From contig NIVC01004529.1 of assembly GCA_002269645.1 (NCBI GenBank), positions 1 to 43,219 on the forward strand: 43,219 nt of DNA, in the 5' to 3' direction. The stretch's first letter is position 1, and every line of letters begins with the position of its first letter. Made by a program: the position numbers and the translations under genes. The notes below the pieces were generated by a model, which worked only from the letters and a program-made list of their open reading frames with translations, searched no databases and was not told the DNA's origin. This DNA comes from Macrostomum lignano (lineage: Eukaryota). Positions 13,400-25,100 of this stretch are shown one piece after another.

Positions 13400-14409
13400 C
13401 ATAAGCGTAGGAACGTTTTAAAAAGTGGGGGGGGGGCAGGTTCAGTGGCGGATTAGGGGGGGGGGGCGCACAGGGTGTACGCCCCCGTCGGGTTAGATTT
13501 TTTATATGGAAAATGCACATTACTATGTACCAATTATTTTCAGAATCCGTCTTGTCAGCACTCATTTTATAAAGCGCCGCAGGCACTCATTTTAGCGCCG
13601 CAGGCACTCATTTTAGCGCCGCAGGCACTCATTTTAGCGCCACAGGCACTCATTTTGGCGCAGCAGGCACTCATTTTAGCGCCACAGGCACTCATTTTAG
13701 CGCCACAGGCACTCATTTTAGCTCCGCAGGCACTCATTTTAGCGCCGCAGGCACTCATTTTAGCGCCGCAGGCACTCATTTTAGCTCCGCAGGCACTCAT
13801 TTTAGCGCCGCAGGCACTCATTTTAGCGCCGCAGGCACTCATTTTAGCTCCGCAGGCACTCATTTTAGCGCCGCAGGCACTCATTTTAGCGCCGCAGGCA
13901 CTCATTTTAGCTCCGCAGGCACTCATTTTAGCGCCACAGGCACTCATTTTAGCGCCGCAGGCACTCATTTTAGCGCCGCAGGCACTCATTTTAGCGCCAC
14001 AGGCACTCATTTTGGCGCCGCAGGCACTCATTTTAGCGCCACAGGCACTCATTTTAGCGCCACAGGCACTCATTTTAGCGCCGCAGGCACTCATTTTAGC
14101 TCCGCAGGCACTCATTTTAGCGCCGCAGGCACTCATTTTAGCGCCACAGGCACTCATTTTAGCGCCGCAGGCACTCATTTTAGCGCCGCAGGCACTCATT
14201 TTAGCGCCACAGGCACTCATTTTGGCGCTGCAGGCGCTATGTTTTGTTGCCCTGCAGCAAAATGCATTCATGCAAAGCAGCAAAAACCAAAAATAAGCAA
14301 GAAGTCTACATTTTACTTTTAAAATGGGGGGGCACATACCATTACTGGCCCCCATTTAAAAAGCGGAGGGAGGCCATGGCCCCACTGTCCCCCCGTTCCT
14401 ACGCCGATG
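13400..14409. mobile_element. hAT-type MITE carrying an expanded 21-bp minisatellite
   Basis: TIR CATAAGCGTAGGAACG / CGTTCCTACGCCGATG; 8-bp TSD CTCCAAAG / CTCCAACG. Confidence 0.78.
13572..14236. repeat. 21-bp tandem repeat (~31 copies)
   Basis: Unit AGCGCCGCAGGCACTCATTTT; produces the spurious LAPQALI / ACGAKMS ORFs. Confidence 0.95.
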
Positions 14410-14956
14410 CTCCAACGGCTCATCGAATATCTACCGGTCGAGGACACACATATACATGTCAAATTCTTGTGGATCACAGAGCTCGTATGCTCGTGGGCTT
14501 GTGTGTGCTCGAAAACTGACCAGTGGGTTTTTCGTGCGATTCACAGCCATGAGGGCCAACCCCCCGAGGCACAGAGAATGCCTGACGATTCAGAGGCCGG
14601 AGCCGCTGTACACCCTGTGTGAGCGAGTGTATGAGTGCGTGCCTATTTAGAGTATGGGCGCGCTTGCATGTGCTGATCGAGGAGTCAGCGGAAGAATTCA
14701 GCGCTGGTTGCGGGACGATGTTACCGAAGGCGTTGCGCCAGGGTGCCCGGGCGCAACCCTCCAGCGACTATTAACTGGACAATCAGGACCCGGTCCAAAT
14801 CGTAACCTGACGATTTTTAATCTACTTTATCACATAATTCATATGCTATAAAAGAGAAAATCAAGCAAACACCACGTTGCAAGAACCTGCACGGTACCTA
14901 TACATGTATGTTACTGGAGTTTAATATTGTTGGTGCTAATAAACGGTCGAATTTGC

Positions 14957-15551
14957 TCATTTGAAATTCGGCGGCCGTCTGCTATAGTACACAGCGCAGC
15001 TGGGACTCTTCATAGCCAGCTTATTGCTTCCGTCGGTCAGTTGGCAGCAAGCCAAAAACGGACGGACATCCACCGACCAGTGGCCGAAGATGTCCGCTCG
15101 TCGATCCGATGTTCCGGCGCCAACCGTCGGGTCCGTCAGCAGCTGACCATGATCGTCGTAGCAGCACTGCTGCCTGGCCGACGTTCCGTCAGGCAGCTCC
15201 AGCGGCCAGCTGCGCACGCAGAAGTCCGCCCCGATGTGGAAGCCGCAGTCTGGGCCGCCGCACAGCCAGGACTTCAGCCAGCTGGGTGCTGCTAGCCATG
15301 AGCCTGCATTCGTCGAACTAGACGCGGCGCCACGGCAGCAAAAGTCGCTCCGCCAGGTTCCATCGTTAACAGCAGCAGTAGCAGCGGTCGCATCGGTCGG
15401 ACAAGGATAGCGGATGCGCAGCCGGTGTAGCCAGTCTGGCACAGTTTCCGAGGCGGCTTCGGCGCGGGCCCACTCGGAGCAACGATCAGTGGCGACGTCT
15501 GACTTGGGTGGAACTTTGTTGCAGTCGCTGTCGTCGCGGCTAGTACAGAAA

Positions 15552-15584
<33 letters not shown>

Positions 15585-15664
15585 TTGTGGAGGCTGCTAA
15601 CAGAGGCTACAGACGTGGCTACCATGATGCAGCAAATCAGAATAGCGAGATAGTGCTTTGCCAT
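14957..15664 (-). CDS. Secreted AMOP-domain protein (isthmin-like, no TSR domain), 235 aa, single exon
   Basis: Hydrophobic signal peptide and a poly-Q tract, then AMOP hallmarks: C.EW..AE, CP, DFC, C.FH.GA.FCVRS, QQCCYD..G.L, GAGT, HW..DV.PF..CC, C..YY.RRPPN. Confidence 0.88.
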
Positions 15665-15996
15665 CGATGCAGACCGCCAGAGTTCTGCTGCGGAGATTCA
15701 GGCGGTTGTACAGCATTTTTTATTGAATTCATCAGAGATTTTTAACCGCCAGCCACTTTCCCATAGACATAGCCGCTGCTGTTCCCGCTCAGCCCCATAC
15801 AAGGGAGAATAAGCCAGTTAAAAATCAAGAATCCAGAAAATAGAGAAAATAGAGCCAGACAAAGAAATCCCTGAATTTTACCCGTAGACGACTGGTAGAT
15901 TACTCTATAGATTACTATATATTTTTTTGGTTGTAACAAGAGTTTCGAGCGTTTTTTACTCAACTTTGAATTCATTTTTCCAATCCCATAACAGTT

Positions 15997-16400
15997 TCAA
16001 TTCCAGGATATAATCACGATCCTGATCAATGACCTGTTGCCATCTGGCGATGAGATCGTGAATTCCCTTCTTGATAATTCAAGTGGCAGCAATTTGAAGT
16101 ATTGCTCGAGCCAGGCTTTCACCTCCTCGTCTTTTAACGTCACGCCATTTATGTGGTTCTGCATAGAGCGTAACAAGTGCAGGTGGTAGTCTGATGGCGC
16201 AAGATCAGGCGCGAGTATGGAGGGCGGGGCATGACTTCCCAGCCCAGCTCGAGCAGCTTCTGCAGTGTCTTTCCTTATTGAACTGCGCGAACCAGGCACG
16301 GCAGCGTTGCTCACAGTAAATATGCGCGAATGAGGTGACGTTGATCGTGTTGTTGCGTAGCCATTGTAGCTGAAGGTTTAGCATATCCAAGCGGATATAC
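15997..16400 (-). mobile_element. Internally deleted mariner (DD34D) transposase relic
   Basis: N-terminal-like HLIRAYLL and CRAWFAQF fragments joined directly to KLLELGWEVMPRPPYS and PDLAPSDYHL...RSMQNH...EEVKAWLEQYF (YSPDLAPSD motif). Confidence 0.85.
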
Positions 16401-19400
16401 GCTAGTGCGCACACTCTTACGAGCGTAAATGCCCCCCATAGAACATTGTCGTTCTGCTGATTTACCTAATTGTGTCATAACTGTGCCAAATGTGCCGAAA
16501 AGGACAGCTGAGGACAATTAAAATGTGCTAATTGGCATAACTGGGGTGGTACAGTTGGCAGAATTGCAGATTTTGCTAGGACAATTATTTCCCGCCGGGA
16601 GTACGAAGTACATTTAAGTCGATGATGGTGCGCGCATCATAGTAAATATAAGAGATAGCCAATTTTGATTATATGAATCAGCAAGAAACTACATATCTCG
16701 TAGATCAAGCGTTGTGCCCGCACCATACGAATATGTACTTTTAAAGTTCAAGACTCATCAAAGCCTAATTCATCTATCCAGCTAGCTTTATTAGTACATA
16801 GCATATGTTAGTTCATACACAAACGCCTTCTTTGCCGTAGGCGCCTTCCGTTGGATCTGATGATGCCGCTGATCGTAGAATCTTGCAGTTGAATTGCAGA
16901 CTTGCCGCCCAGTATGTAGGATTTCGGCTGGAGATGGACGCCAACAGGCATTGTCTTCGCGAACAAACCGACATCCTCAGGATTGTTTGCCACGTACTGG
17001 GTGCACAAGCTGCGTCGGGTGATCCGTTGCCCACCCTCGGACACCAGCCGACTAAATGCCTCACCCGACCGGGTCAAAAAAGCCTTGCCTCCGCAGCAGC
17101 ACGTGGGACGCGACTACGCTTTTTTATCTTTTATAACAAAAAAATGTCACGAAACGCGGCGATATCGGAGCACAGTCGATCTGGTAAGGTCAGGCTGGCG
17201 CATTCAATGGTGCCTGTCTTTTTGTGAGGCACCTCCCGGATGGGCAGGCTGAAATGCGACATTGGCGACGGCAGCGTCACTGCCACCAGAGGCGGGAACC
17301 CCATCCCCAGCGATGCGGCGACGGACGATGGGGTCGTCAAAGTGGAATTGATGAAGGCCAATTCAATCAATACTGCTGCTCCCATCGTTATTACCGCGCC
17401 TGATCGCGTCAGGCCGGAACCCTGTCTGCCCGACCACCAGCGGCATCCAGCAGCATGTCGCAGAAAGCCGGCCTCACAATGCATCCCTAACGATCGGCGT
17501 TCGGCGTCGTGAAGTGTCGCTTCTCGTAGGCTCGCTGGCGGGCAGCCTTGTCCAGCATGTACTCCGCTTAAAAGGCAAATTGGAGGTCGCCTGGCAGCGG
17601 TGCGCGGAGTCACCAGCTGACCACGAAGGGCAGCAATCATGGCCTGACGTTGGCGTTGTCCATCTGTCAAATCGTACAGCGTCGCGATCCCGAGACTGCG
17701 GATGGCTATTGTTAAGCAGTTCATAGCGCCCTAGGCCGACCAGTCGCCGCCCCGCATGGATACCGCGCTCTGACTTGCGGTCAATATACTCAATTAGTTT
17801 GCTATGCACCCTTGTTGTAGCCAGCGTGGACTGGTTCCATCCCTTTCTGCCACTGCCGCAGCCGTCGCCGCCATTGTCTTCGTCATCGGACTCGACGCTA
17901 CTCGTCTGCTGTTCTGATGCAGCTGGCGCCAGACCCCTCCAGCACAAGCCGAAGGGTGCGGCAATGCTTGTGAAAGCGATGGGAATGGCGCAGATTTTTT
18001 CTGTGCGTGACTCCAAAGAGCCAACCAGATGATGCTCAGACTATCTAAGCTCTCTTCAATTGTTTTTGGAAGCTGCTGCGAAGTCGCCGACTGCTCCTCC
18101 TCCGCTGCTGCAGCTGAGCAAGCTGATCCTACTGCTGAGATGCCCGCGGCCAATGAGGCGGGAATGTGACTAGCTTCCATCGTCAACCCATTCAGATTGC
18201 GCTGCGTTACCTGTGCGTGGGTGAGTATCGGGCACAGAGAAGCTTTAGCAGGGCTCGTGCATGCCTGCTGGACTGGCTTACATGCACTCAGTCGGACACT
18301 CACCGGTAAAGTGTAAGCAGCGTCCACAGGCATTTGCTGCCCAACCATCTAAATCAGCGGTGGCCTCCAAGTGAGTGTAACTCATTCTGCATGGCGATGG
18401 TCCGCATGTCTGCCGCGGCTCTGATGACCATCGCATCCGGCGGTGTACAGAGCGAGACGCTCTGCCAAAATCTTTACCATCCCAACGAAAATTTACATGC
18501 ACATTTTAAGATTAAAATCAATTAAAGCTGCCAGAGCTGGGAATGAAGCTTAATACTCAGTGCTGCCAGTCAGCCAAGGGTATGGAAAACTTGAGGTTTC
18601 AGCCATAGACATTACTATACTGAGGAGCGTCTGTGACACAAACTCCAACCCATGGCCGATTGATTTAGTCGCACAGGACAGGCTGCGAATTTGGGGTTTA
18701 TACCATAAACTAAAAAGCAAGACTGCGCCTGACATATATCCACTAGCGCTCGACCTCGGCCTCTGGCGTGGGGCAGACATTCAAGCGGAGAGTTTGCACC
18801 ATTGACAAAAACCACTTTACCGATTGAGTTGGTAGAAAGTGGAGCCACTCGGGGCAAGCAAAAGGAGCCATTGACTCTTCTCGCAACTCTTTTCAGCTAT
18901 ACTATACTTCTGTGAGTGAGCGCGATTTGATGTTATATACTGTTACATTTGCTATACAACTATAGTGTCAACTATGATCGAAAGTCCATTGCATTGCAGC
19001 ATTGGAGCTGTGCTACAGATTAATGGAATTGAAGCAGTTGAGAGGCACTTACTTGTCTTGAACTAATTAGTACGAGTAAATGGTGTCATGAAGGCTGTAG
19101 CTACTCACTCATGCGCAATCAGCATCTCCTACCTAATTTGTGAAATTGAAAACACAAGCATTATCTAATTCTATCGTTTTTGCTATGTTTAGTAACATGT
19201 GCCTTTAAGTTTTAGAAGGCCGAATTTTGAAGGGTAGAAAATATACTTCCGGATTCCGGAAAGTTTGTTGCATAAATAATATACACGCGTGTATTCTGAG
19301 ACTGTCTGTCAAGTAGATACAGTATATAATTAGTTGTTGAAATTTTAACATTATATACATGTACGTAGATGCGAGTGCAATGTAAAATACGACAATACTT

Positions 19401-20279
19401 ACTTTTTTAGCGTCTCAAAGGCCAGTTGTATGTTATAAATCCACTGTCAAATCAATATTTTGATAGTTTGAAGTGCTTTCTTCTTACAGCTTTGGCCTTG
19501 AATAGTGTTTTGTTTTACAGAACAAGCTACAACTACGAGCGTATGCTTATTTTCTATGCAAAAAAACTGTACTCTACATGTCCAAGGCTTACCAATAGAC
19601 TATCTTGTACGTAGTAGCTGGCCCAGTGCTCTACAAAGCACAAGTATAGAGTTGGTCTGTACATTGGCATCTGCTTGCACACTGTAATAGTGCGATTTTG
19701 ATAAAAAATGCTTTTTGCATGTTACCTGCAAGCTTTCAGGTTGAACGGTAACTTATCTCTGCTGCTTTGTGGCTCGCTAAGTTTAGTTAACGTTTAGCTG
19801 ATCAAAATAGCAGGGCCAGTCTTGACGCAGTTCCCATATCCATTTTTATGCTTTTAAATCTCTCAAAAAGACGTCACGCACGCAGTCTTGAAATAGAATT
19901 CAATTATGCCATTCGAAATTGACGTTCGGGATTAAATTAGTCTCCAGGCATCTCCTATTTTTAATGCAGTTTGAACCTCAGTCGAGGCTGAGATAAACAA
20001 GGGGCTAAAATTGAAATGTTTGATTTCCAAAGATTACTGAGTCTGTCTAGCAGCAGACTGCTAAACTTGTGGCCTCATCTGGCATGAGTTTAATAGAATG
20101 AAAAAATTCAAATCTGTTGAATAATCTGATTTAATCAACTTCATCCAGTCAGAACCGGGAGGCAGAGGCAGCGGATTTGTGTTTATATTCGGCTGGCGTC
20201 CGACTACCGCCAGAGATTCTTCGCGCCGCATTCGGAAACCTGTAGGAAAAAGCATCTCAGCCACCCTTGAAGACAGAAG

Positions 20280-20357
20280 GTGAGTCCTACTGTAGCTTCT
20301 GCCGCACTGCTTTCTGCATGAAGCCCATTCACACAGTGAAACTCGTCCCTCCCACAG
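20280..20357 (+). other. Probable 5'-UTR intron of the neuropeptide gene
   Basis: AAG|GTGAGT donor and CCCTCCCACAG acceptor ending 6 nt before the ATG; 78 bp, similar in size to the short ankyrin-gene introns. Confidence 0.55.
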
Positions 20358-20363
20358 TGAGAC

Positions 20364-20864
20364 ATGACTGCCCAGCTGGTTCGTCTAACTTGGCTGATTG
20401 CAGTGGCGACCATTGCCGCCTGTGCCATTCTCTGCAGGGAAGCATCGGGGACAACAATGCCGGCAGCGTCGCCAAACTTGCATGACTGGGAGGAGCAGGC
20501 AGGCGTTGATACGGAGCTCGACTTTAATAAGCGCGGCTTTATCAACAAGCGCGGCTTCATCAACAAGCGCGGCTTCATCAACAAGCGCGGCTTTATCAAC
20601 AAGCGCAGCTTCATCAACAAGCGCGGCTTTATTAACAAGCGCGGCTTTATTAACAAGCGCGGCTTTATCAACAAGCGCGGCTTCATCAACAAGCGCGGCT
20701 TTATCAACAAGCGCGGCTTTATCAACAAGCGCGACTACTTTAAAAAGCGAGGATTTTTTGATAAGCGGCAGGACGATCTGCTTTTCCCGATGAAGGTGCG
20801 AATGTGCGTCGCCTACGGCCTGTTCTGCGATCGCATCCACGTCTGGCCGTTCCAGCAGGGATAA
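20364..20864 (+). CDS. Achatin-like (GFxD/GFxN) neuropeptide precursor, 166 aa
   Basis: Signal peptide and acidic spacer, then KR-flanked GFIN x10, SFIN x1, DYF(K), GFFD x1. Synonymous-site variation between copies (TTT/TTC, ATC/ATT) preserves the peptide. GFFD is the sequence of Aplysia GdFFD. Confidence 0.88.
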   Translation: MTAQLVRLTWLIAVATIAACAILCREASGTTMPAASPNLHDWEEQAGVDTELDFNKRGFINKRGFINKRGFINKRGFINKRSFINKRGFINKRGFINKRGFINKRGFINKRGFINKRGFINKRDYFKKRGFFDKRQDDLLFPMKVRMCVAYGLFCDRIHVWPFQQG

Positions 20865-21710
20865 ATAGGCAATCCTGCGTCTGTCTTAGAGATCGAATCC
20901 CCCACTTCTATCGCTCTCCGAAAAATACAGCGACCTTTGTTAAACAAAAACTGTGAACTGAAGGCTGAAGCGTTACCGATGAAATTCTTTCAATTTGAGC
21001 TGCTGTTTGACGATATTAACAGTGAAAAAGTTATTAAGCTACCTAAATCCAGTGACTATTTAACTGATTATAGTTGATGAAGATAATAATTAAGCTGGTG
21101 CGATCCTAGAATTCCTGGAATTTTCATGTCTACTGACCAGTGTAGTCGGGATGAAGCTGTAAAATCAAACTTGGCTTTCTATAACCAATTCAGAGCTATG
21201 AGTGTTGGCAACACCAGCGCTAGCTGTTGTCTGGGAAATTTGCTATGAAGTAATTAATAAAATATGAATAAAGTTAAATATACCTTTCTGATATCGGACA
21301 CGTTACAGTTTCCGATAAAAAGTGCACTTTTTCTGCCAACATTTTGTTTATTTGAAAATAGGCGGCTTATTAAAAATATTCCCAAAGATTATGTCTCAAA
21401 TTAGTGTCACAGGCATCAGTTTCTCATATTTCTATAGCTAGCATGGGCGGATAATTATTTGTTTAACTTTTGCAAATGATTTTCAATCCGAAGTTTGCGA
21501 ATTTCTGAAAAAGCAGGGTTATTTTTAAAAAACGTTTTCCTTACAACCTGGCTATTAGAGTTCGGTTTAGGTATATATTGCGCTTTGCAACTGAAACTGG
21601 GACTTCAGGCTGCTTTTATAAAAATTATGGTTTCGATCGTCGGAAAATTTGTTAATCTCCCAAATTCTCCCAAATAAATTCTCCCAAGAAATCTGAACAA
21701 GTCTTTAATT

Positions 21711-21918
21711 CAGGGGTCGGCAAACCTTTTTAACGTAAGGACCAGAAATAAAATCTAGCACGTGAGACAGGAGAGATGAGGGGAGGGGAGTGAGGAGGAG
21801 AGGAGAAAAAGAAGAGACATAAACCTTAAGCGGGGGGGGGCGGATTGCTATTGTGAAGTTTCAGAGGACCCGCGTGTCGAATAGAGAGGCTTCGCGGGCT
21901 GGAGTTTGAGGACCCCTG
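21711..21918. mobile_element. Short member of the CAGGGGTCGGCAAAC hAT MITE family
   Basis: Ends CAGGGGTCGGCAAAC ... GTTTGAGGACCCCTG; degenerate TSD CTTTAATT / CCTTAACT. Confidence 0.72.
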
Positions 21919-22137
21919 CCTTAACTGCAAACGATAAACAAATAATTAAGAGCGACTGCTACCATCGTAGGGTGCGAAGCGACAAAAAACAAACAGTAAT
22001 ATTGTTGTGAAAAATTGTGAGAAGCGACGCGGGAGTTACAAAATAACTGGAAAGTATCAAAATGAAAATAGATTTCTGTAAAAAAGATAAGCATCAGTCG
22101 GAACTTTCGAACAAAAAACGCTGGATCAACCTTCACT

Positions 22138-25100
22138 TCAGGCGGCAGAGTCGATGGCCTCACGCAGCTGGCGAGGAGAGCCCGGATCCACTGCCTCGGC
22201 ACCAAGCCGGTCCGCGCTCGCTTCTTCCGCTTCTGCCCTGGCTTCGGCCTCGGCCGCCAGCCTGGCTAAGTACTGAGGCGTCTCGTTGCGCTCAGTCTCA
22301 AGCAGATCGCCGACCTGGGATTACGGGTGACTAATCTGTGTAATCACAGAGAATTTTTTTAAATGAACTTGAATCGATCTGTCCTCACCCTGTAGTCATG
22401 CGTCCGTCTGCCTCGAGTTTTCAGCTTTGTTGGCGTGGGCCTGTCTAGCTGATCAATGTATTCCAGCACGCTCAGGTTGTTCTGGTGAATTTAGGCATTG
22501 ATAGAAATGCTTTTCAAGTAAATATTCCACAATTTCTCGAGGTTTATGAAGCATATGCAGCTGACTAACACTGAATCTCGTTGAAGGAAAATTTTATGCA
22601 ATTATTATTCCAATAGGATTTGGATAATAATAAAATCAGCCGCAGCTATTCAGCTATCCTGGGCTGTTCAGTCCAAGGCCTGGCGGGGGGGGGGTTCAGT
22701 CCAAGGCCTGGGGGGGTTCAGTCCAAGGCCTGGGGGGGGGTTCAGTCCAAGGCCTGGGGGGGGGTTCAGTCCAAGGCCTGGGGGGGTTCAGTCCAAGGCC
22801 TGGGGGGGGTTCAGTCCAAGGCCTGGGGGGGGGGGGGGTTCAGTCCAAGGCCTGGGGGGGGGGTTCAGTCCAAGGCCTGGGGGGGGGGGGTTCAGTCCAA
22901 GGCCTGGGGGGGGGGGTTCAGTCCAAGGCCTGGGGGGGGGTTCAGTCCAAGGCCTGGGGGAGGGGTTCAGTCCAAGGCTGGCACCCATTTTACAACTGAG
23001 TGGACTGAAGCAATGCAGAGTTAAGTGTCTTTCTTGCTCAAGGACACAAACTGTTCCGAGTTTGGTCGAGAATCGAACCCCCGACCTTCAATTCGTGAGT
23101 CCGACGCTCTGACCACCAGGCTACAAGCCCCTAACTGGATAGCACACCTTCTATGATGGATCTTAATTACTATATGTTGAATCTAAAATTATATTCCCAT
23201 TCGCTACTACTTACAGCATCTTTTGCTGACATGTCGACGCTGTTGGAAGTTGAGATCACAGATAGAGTGGCGCGCTGATCGCGGATGCAGACAGCGTAGT
23301 GCACAGGCGTCCTCAGCAGGTTGTCGCCTTTGTAGATCATCTGGGGGAACTGCTCGCAGATGGCCGCCACCATGTCGTGGTTCTCCATTAGCACGGCCAT
23401 GTGGAGAAGATTCCTGCCACGCCTGTCAACGCCGAGAGGCACGCGTTTCTCATTGGCGAACTTGACGAAGCCCTTGCGATCGTCGTTGATGACGGCCGTA
23501 TGGATTAGCTCGATTTCCTCGTGGTACTTGGGCTCCTCATCCAGCAGCTCAAGCAGCTCCTTGTAGTACCGCAGCGTGGCCAACTCTTTTGCGGTCTTGT
23601 TTCGCGACGTGCCTCGAATGTCGTTGATGTGATTGTAGCCGTCGATGATCAGCTGCTCGATGGCGTCGATGTCGCCCACGTAGGACAGATTCAGGACGAA
23701 GTCATCGATAATCTGGCCGAGACGGGAGCCTCCAACGACGCCTCCCTTGGTGCAGTAGTCGCGAGGTGTCCAACCGCGCATGTCCCGAGCGGCCACGTTG
23801 GCACCGCGGGAGAGCAGCTGCTCAACCACGCGGCACTTCGCAGCCGGATTATCGTCCTTCATCACGGCCGCGTGCAGAATGGTCCGGCCAAGCTCGTCGC
23901 GCAGTCGGACGTCCACGTGAGCCGCGATCGCTTCAGTGACGTCGCTAGCGATGTCGTCTCTGAATGCCCAGAAGGCGACGGGTCCGCACGGCGCGCACTC
24001 CTCGTACTGGACGTCAAGCCGGGCGCCGAACTGCAGCAGGAAACTGGCAATCTTGGCAGAGCCGTACTCCATCACGCTAGCTATGAGCGGGCGGGGCACG
24101 AATTCGGCTCGCCAGTCGTCCGTGAAGCCAGCAAAGTAATAGCTGGAATAGTGACGACAGGGGCCTTTCAAAGAACTGTACACCACATGTTGTGTTCTTG
24201 AGTGTTACAAGAGTAAATCATGCTTTGAGAACAATAAGCGCATAACTTATTGAGCTTATACAATAATATGAGTAGATGCGACCCCCTTGACTGCCATTGC
24301 AAGTAGTAGATGCAACCTACCGGTAGCAGGCGTTGACCTTCTTTTCTCCCGCGCCCATAGCAATGTGGTGCTTCATTCGATCCAGGTCGCCGGCAATGGA
24401 CGCGGCCGCGAATTCGCAGCCGTGCAGGCTGTCCTCCAGATGCTGCTGGATGGCTTCGTCGCCAATGTCGCGCGCCAGTTCGGCCAGGCTGCGCCCGTTC
24501 TTGGAGACGTTGACGCGGCACAGGCAGCCAAGCCAGTGGCGCACCCGCTCCAAGTCGCCGTCTTCAACTGCCACGTGCAGACCCGGCAGCAGGCGTCGGG
24601 TGTGTCGGCGCTGGCGTACCAGGTCGCCCCGGGTGGCGTAGGTGTTCTGCATGATCACGTGACCGCTGTTGGAGCGCACCGAAGCGTCCACGCCCAGGCA
24701 GATAAGATGGTCGAGTAGGATGCGGTCCGGCGGCTGACTGTAGGCTGCCAGAAGAACCGTCTCGCCTTTGTTGTTGCGAGCGTGAACATCGACACCTTCG
24801 AGAGCGGTCTTGTACATCAGGCGGATGAGTAGGCGCTTCAGCTGTAGCTCTTCCGTTGCCAGGTAGCTAGGAACAATTAGGGAATGGAGCAACAAGCATA
24901 GAACTTAGCTGGCTTGAATTGAAAATAGCTAGCTTGTAAAAATATGACTCACTGCTGCACCAAGAAGTGCAAATAGGTGCCGCCAGTCTCAGGATCCGTG
25001 CAGTCAAGATCCACCCGGTGATTGTGCAACTGCTGCCAGGCGTCCTCCAGACTGTCGGCCGACATTTCTTCCACCAGGGCCACAAATTTGGCGGATCGAA

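Noticed and set aside
13475-14355. 273/262-aa ORFs of LAPQALI / ACGAKMS repeats
   Set aside because: They are translations of a 21-bp minisatellite inside a MITE; a unit length divisible by 3 explains the open frames.
18421-18460. Hammerhead ribozyme core (CTGATGA)
   Set aside because: No stem II followed by GAAA and no flanking helices; the other CTGATGA/CTGACGA hits checked fail the same way.
18615-18857. LINE endonuclease fragment (VVFVNGAN...LVDICQ)
   Set aside because: Only a vague resemblance; the diagnostic GDFN and SDH motifs are absent.
20204-20840. Antisense and alternative-frame ORFs over the neuropeptide repeats (LLIKPR, VDKAAL, TSAALS)
   Set aside because: Shadows of the 18-bp coding repeat; synonymous variation preserves only the GFINKR frame.
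23040-23132. tRNA gene on the minus strand
   Set aside because: It has A and B boxes but no acceptor stem, and runs directly into a CORE domain, so it is a SINE head.
23223-24718. Plus-strand ORFs of 226 and 143 aa opposite the ankyrin exons
   Set aside because: Antisense shadows of GC3-rich coding sequence.
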